Shown: piece after piece, positions 9,985-20,234 of the stretch
How positions within the stretch are numbered: the first letter of the stretch is position 1
Layout of the letters: each line of letters opens with the position of its first letter
Translations under genes and position numbers: made by a program
From: an uncultured virus (IMG/VR IMGVR_UViG_3300001450_000027)
Lineage: Duplodnaviria; Heunggongvirae; Uroviricota; Caudoviricetes
Length of the DNA: 64,000 nucleotides
Virus record (IMG/VR): IMGVR_UViG_3300001450_000027
Location: 1-64,000 of that record
Strand: one strand, 5' to 3'
Notes under the pieces: generated by a model
Told to the model about the DNA's origin: nothing
What the model saw: only the letters and a program-made list of their open reading frames with translations
Databases searched by the model: none

Positions 9985-10764
9985 TTAAGCAGCGAAAGTC
10001 ACAGCAATAGTTCCACCAGTTGTGCGAATACAGCCTTTAACCGCTGTTACATCAGTAGCATGGTGAGAATGGAAGTACAAGTAAGAACCTGCGAGAATTG
10101 TACAGTCACCAGTATCAGTAAGAATGATCAGGGTGTCGTCATCATCGGCCACGGTAACACGGCTCATAGCGTCAGTTCCGTCAGCAGTAACAAAAACCTC
10201 ACATGATTCTGCATCGAGTGCTCGATCATCATGAAGGCCCAACTTTAAAATACCGCTTGAAGCGAATGTATTTCCTGTGAATAATATCAAAGTCTCGGTG
10301 TCTTCAGCGGCCATATCAGCGGCATTTGTCATCACAACAGTTCCGGAAACATTACCAGTTAGTCTAGAAATTCTTTGATCAACCATTGGTGTCTGTCCGG
10401 GAGTACCGGTGGTTCCAATTGCGACATCAACTCCCAAAACACCGGTTCCACCAAATACTTTAGCAGCGATGGCGGCTGACGGAACATCAGTTGCCGAAGC
10501 TATATTTTCTAGAACCCTAGAACATTTTAAAGCTACGATTGGCTCAGTCAATACGTTTGCTGTCGTAGGTGCTGTGGCTAGACCTGCGATTTGGTCTCCT
10601 CCAAAATTTAGAGTCCATGGGTGTGCCAGCCCTTGTAATTCAAAAGGCACGTCTTGGTCAATTGAAATTCCATTCAATTTTGCCCCATCTCCGAGATTCA
10701 AATCTCTTTTTAAATTTTCAATTAGGGCCTCGATTCTAGCGAGACCTATTCTTTTTGTTCCCAT
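9985..10764 (-). CDS. Putative capsid decoration / virion protein
   Basis: Directly after the major capsid gene; Gly/Thr/Ala-rich beta-type C-terminus; AGGAGG SD. Confidence 0.45.
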   Translation of the reverse strand: MGTKRIGLARIEALIENLKRDLNLGDGAKLNGISIDQDVPFELQGLAHPWTLNFGGDQIAGLATAPTTANVLTEPIVALKCSRVLENIASATDVPSAAIAAKVFGGTGVLGVDVAIGTTGTPGQTPMVDQRISRLTGNVSGTVVMTNAADMAAEDTETLILFTGNTFASSGILKLGLHDDRALDAESCEVFVTADGTDAMSRVTVADDDDTLIILTDTGDCTILAGSYLYFHSHHATDVTAVKGCIRTTGGTIAVTFAA

Positions 10765-10889
10765 GTTAAAAACCCTCCTTTTATAATCATGTTCCTTTAT
10801 CGGTTTATTTCAGCGATAATAGGAGGCAAGTCAAGCCTGCCCGATAACAATGGATGAACGATATTCTCATTCACAGGTAAATAGTTTAC

Positions 10890-10926
10890 AAAAAATAAAC
10901 CCCCCGACCAACAAAGGAAGGGGGGT
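10890..10926 (-). terminator. Terminator after the major capsid gene
   Basis: ACCCCCC-UU-CC-loop-GG-UC-GGGGGGU then U-rich tract. Confidence 0.75.
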
Positions 10927-10954
10927 CTAGTTTAACCTATAAGGTTTCTATGAT

Positions 10955-12769
10955 TTAGCTAGTTGCACCAGCTTCACCAAGGAGACCACGAACGATAACA
11001 ATACCGTACATATCAGGACGAACCATTTTCTTAGCGTAACGAGTCATTACTCCTTTACGAGGAACGAAGTCCTCTACACCGAAGATGGTAGGTGTGGTTT
11101 GTAGAGGCACATAAGGTGCATATACATAACCGCTTTCAAGGAAAGAGTTACCACGACGACCGACAAGAACAACATTACGGGGGAAGTAAGGATCAACCAT
11201 AACGTCGAATTTACGGCTCAAAGAACCAGTCTTAACAGCACCGATGTCGCCTTTATCAGCGTCAGCAGTAACGTTAGCACGGAATCCAGCAGTAAACTCA
11301 AGAATGTTAGCAACTTCAGGAGAACAAACTACAAAGTTAGCTCCACCACGAAGTGTCTTTCTGTGAATTTGAGCAGAAACATCATTGATGGTTTCAATAA
11401 GAGTTTCATACCATTCGCTAACAGTTCCGGTGAAGTCAGGAGCAGCAGAGCTAGCACCTTGCTCAGCACCAGTTTGGCGGTTAACGAAAAGACCGGGTGA
11501 ACGAGACCAGTAGAATCTACCAGCAGTTGCACCGTTTACAAGATCAGCAAGGATCTCACGGTCAATTTCAAGAGCGATTTGCTCAGAAAGAATAGAAGTC
11601 AATTCAACTTCAGCATCAAGGTTGTGATAAGCATTCAAATCTTGACCAAGCTCAGGAGTCCATTTAGCTTTAAGCTTCTTGGTTTGAGCGGTGATCGCGA
11701 TTGAATCGACCTTGATGTCGATCTCTGGAATGTTAGCATTCTTTTCAAGTTCATAAAGATCACCAACAACTCCACCAACAGCAGTGGCTGGATCAATTTG
11801 ATCTTTCACAGGGAAAATCAATCTGTTTGCAATAACTGCGGTAGTACTGGCCAAATCGGCAGCAGTTACAGTTGCAGCAATAAAGACAAGACGAACAGCT
11901 TTCAAAGTGGTCGCAGCATCAGCAGCAGAAGCTAAAGAAGTCAAACGACGAATTTGAGTAGGTGTAGAACCGAGAGCGTCAGAATAGGATTGAGCAGAAG
12001 CAGCGATCAAAACAAAACCAGAAAGGTTATCAAAATCAGGGTCGCCTTCGCTAACTTTAGCACTAATTTCTTCTTCTTCAATATCAATAACAACAATACC
12101 TTGGCTACTATCTGTGATAGAAAGAAGATCTGGATCGTACTGAATAAGTTTTTTATTAGCTTCAGATACGGAACCATCAAGAACAAAAGCTGCTTTCATA
12201 TCCATGCCACCAGCACCATCAGTCAATGCGGCATTATTACTTCCACTTGGAGAAGAATAAGCATAACCAGTCATTCCACGAGGGCCTGATTGGTCGGCCT
12301 TGGTTGTGGCATCGACAATATTAACACCGTCAACAACTGCACTAGCAAGAGCATCAGTACCGTAAATGGAAGCGGTACCACCTTGAGTATTACCAAGACG
12401 ATCACCAGAGACAGCAGAGCCGCCTTCTTCATCACCAAAAGCAAAATCAAGGAAGAAAATAAGTCCACTAGGTAGACTCATTGGTTGAACGCTAACAAGC
12501 TCATTAGCGATAAGTCCGGCGAATACACGACGAACAATTGGGAATGCGACAGCGGCGAAACCTTCGACGTCACCAGCACCCATTGAAGAAGCTTCACGAA
12601 GAAGTTCTTTAGCTTGGTTTTCGAGCAATCTAGCCATATTATGCTGAGAGCGCTCTGTTTTAAGGCCTTCAAGTAAACCAGTTTGTTGCCATTTATTCAA
12701 AAGAGCTTGCCCTTCTGCTTTCATGTCACGGTTTATGATGCCTTCAGTTAATTTCTGAACAATAGACAT
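10955..12769 (-). CDS. Major capsid protein (T4 gp23-like)
   Basis: LLENQ, P.VRRVF, VQPM..PSGLIF, KLKAKWTPELGQDL.AYH.LDAE.EL, EIDREI, YAPYVPL, PRKGVMTRY. Confidence 0.97.
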   Translation of the reverse strand: MSIVQKLTEGIINRDMKAEGQALLNKWQQTGLLEGLKTERSQHNMARLLENQAKELLREASSMGAGDVEGFAAVAFPIVRRVFAGLIANELVSVQPMSLPSGLIFFLDFAFGDEEGGSAVSGDRLGNTQGGTASIYGTDALASAVVDGVNIVDATTKADQSGPRGMTGYAYSSPSGSNNAALTDGAGGMDMKAAFVLDGSVSEANKKLIQYDPDLLSITDSSQGIVVIDIEEEEISAKVSEGDPDFDNLSGFVLIAASAQSYSDALGSTPTQIRRLTSLASAADAATTLKAVRLVFIAATVTAADLASTTAVIANRLIFPVKDQIDPATAVGGVVGDLYELEKNANIPEIDIKVDSIAITAQTKKLKAKWTPELGQDLNAYHNLDAEVELTSILSEQIALEIDREILADLVNGATAGRFYWSRSPGLFVNRQTGAEQGASSAAPDFTGTVSEWYETLIETINDVSAQIHRKTLRGGANFVVCSPEVANILEFTAGFRANVTADADKGDIGAVKTGSLSRKFDVMVDPYFPRNVVLVGRRGNSFLESGYVYAPYVPLQTTPTIFGVEDFVPRKGVMTRYAKKMVRPDMYGIVIVRGLLGEAGATS

Positions 12770-12792
12770 TTTAATACCTCCTACAGTATGTT

Positions 12793-14004
12793 CTATTTAA
12801 TACCAGCCAATTTTCTCATTCGCTCTGCAAATGAAAGTTCTTGGCTTGGTTTCTTTTTTCGTGGCAGTATGCCTGATAAATTAGATCTACGCTGCACTGA
12901 CTCGCTCAGTGATTTTGGTCCACTTCTTTTCGTGGAACCCACTGTCGCCCTAAGAGTCTCTTGCATAGTCTTTGCGTCATCTGGTGTACTTGCCGTAGCG
13001 ATGGCTTCAACAATCTTTCGTTTTTGTCGCTCATTCAAGGAGGCATCGCCTAATGTTTGATTGCTATAAAGCAATTTAGCATTTGATAGGAGAGTTTCAC
13101 TTAGAACCTCTTCCATCTTTTCAATAATGTTTTTAAATTCTTTTGTTTGGTTCTGAGACTTATTAAGAGATTCGTCGAGTTCTTCTAATCTTTTTTGCAA
13201 AAGCTCGTTCTCTTCTTTGTGTGAGTCTGCTTCCATTCTGGCTAATTCCATTTCTTTGTTATAGCCTAAAGTAGCTTCGCTCGTTTCGAACGTGCCGTTT
13301 TTGTGTTCTCCGGCCATATCAACAACAAGCTCTTCTTCTAAAACTTGATCATCACCAATCTCATTCAATATATTCATGATTTCTTGAAGTGCAAGCTCGT
13401 CTTCCTCTGGGCCTTCGGCAGATAGATCACCCCCTAAATCGCCAAGGTCTCCTAAGAGGTCTTCTTCGTCACCCAAGGGAGCAGCATCTGCCTCTCCACC
13501 AAGGATGTCACCCGTCTCTTTTTGGGTCTCAGAATCTTCTAAATCTTCGAGGTCCACGCTAAACATGGCAGGATCAAACTCGAAAGTCATATTTACATCT
13601 ACAGATTGATCAGGACTCAAATCAGCATAGGCTGACGGTGCTTGGTATGGGCTTGGGACAGCAGCTTCGACTCCACCGCCAAGGGCACCCTCTTCCTCTT
13701 GTAGGATATCAACTTCGCTTGACTCTTCAAGCTCTGATTCCATGACCAGATGTGTTTTATCTTCGCCCACAAGTGCAATTCCTATTTTGCCATTATCACT
13801 TTCAGTTGTAACTCTAGCAAACCTACCCTCATGCCTAACAACGTCACCTAGGTTGAAGCTTCTCTGGTCATTTTCCAGAAGTGAATCAACGGCTGCTTTG
13901 ATTTCAGGGGCATATTTATCAATTATTGATTGTTCGGCATTTTTGAGGGCCGCTTCTCTAAGCGCTGCGGCATCAACTATCGCTTGTTCTAACATTGAAG
14001 ACAT
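12793..14004 (-). CDS. Prohead core / scaffold protein (gp22-like)
   Basis: Acidic coiled coil directly upstream of the capsid gene; NAKLLY.N; ends RMRKLAGI; start MSSMLEQ with AGGAG SD. Confidence 0.75.
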   Translation of the reverse strand: MSSMLEQAIVDAAALREAALKNAEQSIIDKYAPEIKAAVDSLLENDQRSFNLGDVVRHEGRFARVTTESDNGKIGIALVGEDKTHLVMESELEESSEVDILQEEEGALGGGVEAAVPSPYQAPSAYADLSPDQSVDVNMTFEFDPAMFSVDLEDLEDSETQKETGDILGGEADAAPLGDEEDLLGDLGDLGGDLSAEGPEEDELALQEIMNILNEIGDDQVLEEELVVDMAGEHKNGTFETSEATLGYNKEMELARMEADSHKEENELLQKRLEELDESLNKSQNQTKEFKNIIEKMEEVLSETLLSNAKLLYSNQTLGDASLNERQKRKIVEAIATASTPDDAKTMQETLRATVGSTKRSGPKSLSESVQRRSNLSGILPRKKKPSQELSFAERMRKLAGIK

Positions 14005-14087
14005 TAAGTTTTCTCCTAATAATACTATTATCAAATGTAAATAGTGTTAATAACAAGAAAAGGACGAGTTTATGGCCTACAGGGATA

Positions 14088-16988
14088 TTATCCAGCCTGT
14101 AAATCTCCACCAGTCAAGAACCAAGCGCTTCCATTACTAACAAAAGTTACTATTTCGCCCGGCATGATTGTATCATTATCAGTGTTTGTTGCTGTTAAAG
14201 CGGTACCACCTGTTGCGTGAAAAGTCACATTCTCTCCACCAGCGTTTTCAACAATTAAAAATTGCCCTGCTGTGCCGGCTCCACCGAATCTCATACCGGT
14301 TCGGCTAGATCCAGCAGCATCTATTCTTACATATGTAGCTGTTATTGGTATAGCTGCGCCTGTATCATTACCTGTAAAGTTGTGAGTACTAAGCGGAGTA
14401 TATACAGTTGTTGATGTCACAGTCAGACTACCCTTGATAGTGGTCATAGAGCCAGATTTCTTTCCGATTTCTACATCAATTTCGTCTTCAGAATCACCGT
14501 CAGTTAAGGTTAAGCCGTAATTAAGTTCGCCGTCATGTGCTGCGACCCCTAATCTTATTTGGCCGCCTTCTTCGGAGTTACTCGCATCTGCGACTCTAGC
14601 CTGAATTGCAGCAAAAAGAACTTGATCTTGGTTATCGTCATCGCCATAAAACTCAATAATCCCAATCTCATCATTATCTGCACCGGCTGCTCCTTTATCT
14701 TTGACAAACCGAAGTCTAGCTCCGTTTGTATCATTAGTAGTATTCTTAAGCTGAAGCAACGGAAATGTAGATCCTGTAGACGCAAGAACCAGCCCTGAAT
14801 CAGGTATATGCGTCAGGGTAATATCTTGATCATTACCGAATTGAATGGTTCCTGCATCGGCAAGAAACAAATCGGACCAGCCTTTAGAGCTGGAACCCAA
14901 AGCGATTCCGTCATTGGTAGTTGGGGAAAACTCATTTGCCTCTAGTGCGATCTCGTCAACATTGGCCACTCTAAATGTAACCTTGTCGTCTGTTGAAAAA
15001 TCAATTAAATTGTGGGCATCTCTACCAACTTTCCTTCCAGCATTAAAGTCAGTTGTAATTGCTGTCTGAGCACCAGCGAGTAGAACTGCTGTACCTTCAA
15101 CAGCAATAGCACCAGACCCTGTACGAGTGATGGTTGTGTCACTAGCATGCCCAAGCTCAATGCCGGTAGTAACTTGAATACTCCCAGCGACCGTTGTGGT
15201 CGAACTCGCCCCAGCAGCGATTGTTACATCAATTTCTCCGTCAGTAGCATGCTCACCTTCCAGTACTAGCCCTGCTGTAAGGGCTGTGTTAGTTCCATCA
15301 CTCTCAGCAACAAAGAATGATAATTTCCCAGCCTCATCGGTCTCATCAGATTCAGAAATTTGAGCCACAATTTTGGCAAACATTGTATTGTTGTTTCCTT
15401 CGTCTTCTCCGTAGAATGTGATCTGACCGAGGACTTCGCCGTCCTCCGTATCGGCAGCATCTTTTAAGAATTGTAATTCTCCAGATGAACCTTCAGTTGT
15501 GTGAGTAGTTTTCAAAGTCAATACTGGTTTGCCTTCGGCACTATCAGCAATAGTTACCGCTGGTCCGTCAATAGTAACAGCGGTTGATGCATTGATATCA
15601 ATAGTGGGCGCAGTCATATCCAGAGTTGTACCAGAATTGACTTCCAAGTGTCCGTTCGAAGAAGCAAAGATTTCTTCCCCTCCACCAACATCATGAAATT
15701 TCAGCTTGGTTGTTAACAACAAAGCTAGCTCGTCCTCAGAAGCATCATAAAGTACACCTTCGTTATTAGTGGCACTGAATATCCTGACATCAGAACCTAC
15801 ATCATTAACACCAACTGTTACAGCGCCACTAACGTTTAGAGCGCCACCAAATACAGCGGCCCCAACTGATTGTAATGTGCTAGAACCAGAAAAAGTCGTA
15901 GTCAGCAAACCACCAGCAGTAACAGATCCTGTAGATGCAATGGTAGAACCGAATGTTGCAGCACCTACTGAATGTAATGTGCTAGAACCAGAAAAAGTTG
16001 TGGCTTTAATTGTTGACTGGGCAGCAGCACCGATAGTAGCTCCGTCAACAGAGCCTCCATTAATATCTACTGTGGTCACAGTACCAAGGTTTGCTACAGT
16101 ATTACCAGCATTGGTCCAGTTGGCATCGAAATGATCAATTGTTAAACCCCCGTCTGCTGCAATTACTGTGGCATTTCCGGGACCGAAGTTGGCTGCTCCA
16201 ACAATGTTTAACGCACCAGAACCAGAAATAGTTGTTGAAAGAACTCCACCACCTGCTGTAATCGATCCTGTAGATGCGATAGTTGAGCCGAATGTTGCAG
16301 CACCTACTGAATGTAGTGTGCTAGAACCAGAAAAAGTTGTCCCAATAATACCACCAGCAAATGTAACATTATCATTAGTGTCGAGTGTCATTGTAGCGCC
16401 ACCGTCAGATGCTTGAATTACATTTCCGCCAACTTTCAATTTACCAGCCAAAGCAGTTACCGAATTTGTAACAGTACTGTTGGGAGTTATAGTCACATGA
16501 GCGACAGAAGAACCAGCAGATGCAATATCGTTTCCAATTGTAAAAGTATGGTCAGCATTTGCAACAACCGTCCAATCATCCCCTGCGTCGTCGCTTTGAT
16601 CCGCTTTTAGTAATATTGTAGCTGCTCCGCCTTCTGCTCCTTCGACTGTAACATTACCAGAGACATGAAGTTTCGTTGCTGGGTGTTGTGCGCCAATACC
16701 TATTCGGTTATTCGCGGAATCTATTACTAATGTGTTGGAATCAAAATTTAAACCATTAGCAACTGATGCTGTTGCTGCGTTAAACGTCAGAGTGTCTGAT
16801 GCGGCATCTCCAAAAGTCATTGTGTTTGCTGTGACCTTGAAATCTAATACATTGGCATCAAAAGTACCAGTAACGGTTAAGTCACCTGTTATTATGGCTG
16901 AACCAGAGACTATCAAGCCCTGCGAGCCAGAAACCGTTACAGTATTTCCTGTTGCTGGACTAATATTGTTTACGTATAAGTTACTCAT
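14088..16988 (-). CDS. Fibre-like virion protein (966 aa) with internal repeats
   Basis: G/S/T-rich; NNRIGIG..P..KLHV motif; repeated TTFSGSSTLHSVGAATFG; duplicated PxL.LK..G.I.FYG.D module. Confidence 0.65.
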   Translation of the reverse strand: MSNLYVNNISPATGNTVTVSGSQGLIVSGSAIITGDLTVTGTFDANVLDFKVTANTMTFGDAASDTLTFNAATASVANGLNFDSNTLVIDSANNRIGIGAQHPATKLHVSGNVTVEGAEGGAATILLKADQSDDAGDDWTVVANADHTFTIGNDIASAGSSVAHVTITPNSTVTNSVTALAGKLKVGGNVIQASDGGATMTLDTNDNVTFAGGIIGTTFSGSSTLHSVGAATFGSTIASTGSITAGGGVLSTTISGSGALNIVGAANFGPGNATVIAADGGLTIDHFDANWTNAGNTVANLGTVTTVDINGGSVDGATIGAAAQSTIKATTFSGSSTLHSVGAATFGSTIASTGSVTAGGLLTTTFSGSSTLQSVGAAVFGGALNVSGAVTVGVNDVGSDVRIFSATNNEGVLYDASEDELALLLTTKLKFHDVGGGEEIFASSNGHLEVNSGTTLDMTAPTIDINASTAVTIDGPAVTIADSAEGKPVLTLKTTHTTEGSSGELQFLKDAADTEDGEVLGQITFYGEDEGNNNTMFAKIVAQISESDETDEAGKLSFFVAESDGTNTALTAGLVLEGEHATDGEIDVTIAAGASSTTTVAGSIQVTTGIELGHASDTTITRTGSGAIAVEGTAVLLAGAQTAITTDFNAGRKVGRDAHNLIDFSTDDKVTFRVANVDEIALEANEFSPTTNDGIALGSSSKGWSDLFLADAGTIQFGNDQDITLTHIPDSGLVLASTGSTFPLLQLKNTTNDTNGARLRFVKDKGAAGADNDEIGIIEFYGDDDNQDQVLFAAIQARVADASNSEEGGQIRLGVAAHDGELNYGLTLTDGDSEDEIDVEIGKKSGSMTTIKGSLTVTSTTVYTPLSTHNFTGNDTGAAIPITATYVRIDAAGSSRTGMRFGGAGTAGQFLIVENAGGENVTFHATGGTALTATNTDNDTIMPGEIVTFVSNGSAWFLTGGDLQAG
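15925..16340. repeat. Two ~77-bp near-identical intragenic repeats (15925-16001 and 16264-16340), with a partial third copy at ~15865-15897
   Basis: Shared GAATGTTGCAGCACCTACTGAATGTA.TGTGCTAGAACCAGAAAAAGTTG. Confidence 0.85.
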
Positions 16989-17071
16989 ATGTTTTCTTTT
17001 CCTTTAATTTGTTGCTGTTAACTACAGATAAATAGTCTTTTTGTTTTATTATGGATTATAATTTTATAAAT

Positions 17072-18526
17072 TTACACATCATCAAAATCTTTTATTTTTA
17101 CCTTCGCTGTATCTGCTATGGTAAAACTACCATTGGCGCTTACTGTTATCGGTCCATATAAAATAGAATTGTTATTAGCAGGAACAGTTAATACGTTAGA
17201 AATAATTGTGTTATTGCTTAAAACCATCCCAGATATCGACCCATGTGCAAGTAAGGAGCCGGATGTTTCAATTGATCCTGCTTGCAATGTTGAAGAAGCA
17301 GAAACGGTTGTAGCTGTTATTGCTTCACCGGATACAGAAAGAGTTCCGTTGGTTGCTGTTAGGCCTGTGCCTGCCATGTTACTAACTACATCTGCCCATT
17401 GCTCTCTTTTGGTGGTGCTATCAGAATTTTTCAAAAATGTGATATGGTCATTAGCCAATGTCATGTTGGCGTCAGTCAATTCACTAAGATCTAGAGCAAC
17501 ACCACCAACAGCGTCAACAGACCCACTATAAGACAACCCAATACCTGCAAAGGAACCGGATATACCAAGCTTGTCTGAAGCGATTTTGAGCGCTCCGGAC
17601 ACATTAATGTCAAAATCCCCACCTGTGCCATTAAGTCCGTCACCGGCCATAGCGGCTGCAAAATTGGCGAACGTTACCTTTTTAGTGATAGAGTCGTCTG
17701 CGTCTAAAAAGTAAACAGAATCAGCCCCTATGGCAGGAGAAGCAGCCGCAACACCATCTAGGCGAACTGTGCCTCCAATTTGAAGGTTTGTCGAGGCCGA
17801 CAGGGCACCAGTGATTGCTAAAGAGTTTCCTCCAAAGAAATTTAAATTTCCTGCTCCTGCTATTTCTGTTCCCCCTGCTCCTATCAACACTTTGCTAGCA
17901 CCCTGAGTTCCATAAGCAGTAACAGCAGCGTTATTAGACAGTATGTTAGTAATAGTAGCATATTTGACACCGCTCTCATCAATCCAGACTTTAGAAGATC
18001 CGCCCGGTGAATTTTGGGCTGTGACTCCCGAAGTTGATAGAGTCAAGCCACTAGAGTCAGCAAGACCACCGCCGCTAGCTAGGCCCACTGCGCTTCCGGG
18101 AACACTAGAAAGCCCTGTTCCTGCTCCATAAAATGCTGAACCTGATATATTACCAGAACCAGAAATAGAACTACCTTTAAAATCTAGCGTGGAACCATCG
18201 AATGTCAAGTTGGATTCGACCGTTGCTTCATCTGCATCTTTAAATGTTAACACGCCATTTGCTGTAGAGCCGTCAAAACTAATATTACCGACATTATCAA
18301 GAGTGCTACCATCTCCGTAAAAGAAAGAAGCCGATATGTTGACAGAGGCACTGACATTTCCCAATACTGTTAAATCGTTGGCAACTCTACCAACTGATGC
18401 GGATAACGAAAGAAAGTCTTTACTACCAGTTATTGATTGGCTACTGTGGGTGTCGACCATGTTTTCTATGCTACCAGACGTGTCTCCTTGGAAATTGACG
18501 TTTTTATTAAGAATATTATATGACAT
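17072..18526 (-). CDS. Fibre-like virion protein
   Basis: G/S/A-rich; ESNLTFDGS, AGDGL/AGTGL fibre-type repeats. Confidence 0.6.
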   Translation of the reverse strand: MSYNILNKNVNFQGDTSGSIENMVDTHSSQSITGSKDFLSLSASVGRVANDLTVLGNVSASVNISASFFYGDGSTLDNVGNISFDGSTANGVLTFKDADEATVESNLTFDGSTLDFKGSSISGSGNISGSAFYGAGTGLSSVPGSAVGLASGGGLADSSGLTLSTSGVTAQNSPGGSSKVWIDESGVKYATITNILSNNAAVTAYGTQGASKVLIGAGGTEIAGAGNLNFFGGNSLAITGALSASTNLQIGGTVRLDGVAAASPAIGADSVYFLDADDSITKKVTFANFAAAMAGDGLNGTGGDFDINVSGALKIASDKLGISGSFAGIGLSYSGSVDAVGGVALDLSELTDANMTLANDHITFLKNSDSTTKREQWADVVSNMAGTGLTATNGTLSVSGEAITATTVSASSTLQAGSIETSGSLLAHGSISGMVLSNNTIISNVLTVPANNNSILYGPITVSANGSFTIADTAKVKIKDFDDV

Positions 18527-18561
18527 TTAGAATCCTCTTCTTTTGTACATAAGTAGATTTC

Positions 18562-18599
18562 AAAACGAAAAAGGGCGGGAACCCAAAAGGGAACCCGCC
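18562..18599 (-). terminator. Intrinsic terminator
   Basis: GGCGGG-UU-CCC-UUUU-GGG-UU-CCCGCC then U-rich tract. Confidence 0.75.
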
Positions 18600-18629
18600 A
18601 CAAATACATATATGTAAACTATTTTGTGA

Positions 18630-20114
18630 CTAGAATACTTTCCATGTGTTTGTAGTAACATATACCAACATAACAGCAGCATTTGGAGATTCAAGAATAA
18701 TCGAGGTTAAACCATCGATTGTATGAGACCCCTGCTTGTTTATTGTCAGTGTGCTAGAAGAAGAGCAGTTGTTTGGAGCCTTAACATAAACAGTATCGCC
18801 AACGTCAGGAGACGCTGGAAGATTTGCCGCTTCATTTCCGTCAAGATCTGCAAAATAATTGATACCGTTAACAAGGGTGTTGCCATCATCTTTAAGAGCC
18901 ACGTTCATGCTGTTGTCAGCAAGAAACGTTTTGATATCAGAAGCAGGAATTTTCTTCATTACTCCACCATCATCAACAATAATACCGTCAGAATCTGCCA
19001 ACGCAATTGAAGAACCAACAGCGGTTCCCCCGTCAAGAAGATTAAATTCAGCAGCAGTAGCAGAAACCAAAGTTCCTCCTAAGCGTAGACCATCAGAAGA
19101 ACCATTATGACCCTGTATGTTTAAGCCATTTGCAACATGAACACCACCAGCAAGGCTATCATTGATATCCATAATCTGGGTTTCAGATCCTGCAACAAAG
19201 GCAGTAAAACGTATCCCCCCATCTTCAGTACCATCAGTTACATCCTTGGAGAGAACCTCTATCTTTCCATATTTGACCTGCTCATCAGTACCAGCCTTAA
19301 CATTCTGACCAAAAAACTGTAAAGCCCCGAGAACATCATTATCGCTAGCTTCGCCGTCCCCTTGGACCTGAACAATATTTATGATCGGGCCATTGGCGTT
19401 GTTACCACGATTTACCAAAGAAAAAGAAGGCAAAGCAGTGCCAGTTCCTGTCTGTTCAATACGAATACCAGCATCAGGTCGATGATCCATACGGATCTCG
19501 CTATCTGCGCCGAAATGAATAGCAGAATCATCAGACTTCAAGAAGAGGTCATCCCCAACTTCAAGATCGTTTGCAACAGCAACACCACCAGAAATAGTGC
19601 TATTGATGTCTAACAAAGTGGTATTTCCGCTACCACCAACGATTGCATTAAAAAAGAAGGCTCCATCTTCTGTTCCATTTGAAACATCAACAGATTGAAC
19701 TTCAAGTCTAGCATACTGTACTTGTGCATCAGATGAATCGTCACCGTAGAAGTTAAGAAACCCCATGATGTCTCCATCACTTTCACCAGCACCATTATCA
19801 ATAACAAGGTTAAGACCCGGCCCTGAACCAAAATCACCTCTGTTTACCAAAGATAATACAGGTTGCCCGCTAGTTTCAGAACCACCTTCGATTCTAAAGC
19901 CACCGCCTGTTTGTGTGATCCAAGTATCTTGTTCATTACCAAACAAAATCCGTCCACCATCGGCAAGATATAAATCTGCCCATTCTTTTGTAGCACTACC
20001 AAGAGCAGCCCCATCAGCATTCAGAGGTGTGATCCCCCCAGATGACTGGATCGACCCCTCCTGTATAAGGGAACCACTCAAGCGAGCATCCCCTAATTGA
20101 AATTTATAAGCCAT
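18630..20114 (-). CDS. Fibre-like virion protein, paralog of 20235-22091
   Basis: N-terminal MAYKFQLG; two internal GxxDxDxxG.L.F.G modules; C-terminal LPASPDVGDTVYVKAP...ESP..AV.L.YV..N.W domain. Confidence 0.65.
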   Translation of the reverse strand: MAYKFQLGDARLSGSLIQEGSIQSSGGITPLNADGAALGSATKEWADLYLADGGRILFGNEQDTWITQTGGGFRIEGGSETSGQPVLSLVNRGDFGSGPGLNLVIDNGAGESDGDIMGFLNFYGDDSSDAQVQYARLEVQSVDVSNGTEDGAFFFNAIVGGSGNTTLLDINSTISGGVAVANDLEVGDDLFLKSDDSAIHFGADSEIRMDHRPDAGIRIEQTGTGTALPSFSLVNRGNNANGPIINIVQVQGDGEASDNDVLGALQFFGQNVKAGTDEQVKYGKIEVLSKDVTDGTEDGGIRFTAFVAGSETQIMDINDSLAGGVHVANGLNIQGHNGSSDGLRLGGTLVSATAAEFNLLDGGTAVGSSIALADSDGIIVDDGGVMKKIPASDIKTFLADNSMNVALKDDGNTLVNGINYFADLDGNEAANLPASPDVGDTVYVKAPNNCSSSSTLTINKQGSHTIDGLTSIILESPNAAVMLVYVTTNTWKVF

Positions 20115-20155
20115 TTAATTTGTCCTCCTATAAAAATTAAAAAAGCATTTATTTT

Positions 20156-20192
20156 AAAAAAAAAGGCGAGCCCCCAACGACAGGGGCCCACC
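20156..20192 (-). terminator. Intrinsic terminator
   Basis: GGUGGGCCCCU-loop-GGGGGCUCGCC followed by U9. Confidence 0.8.
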
Positions 20193-20234
20193 AAATATTA
20201 TTAGAAAATAACTATATCGCAACCAAGGTTGGGA

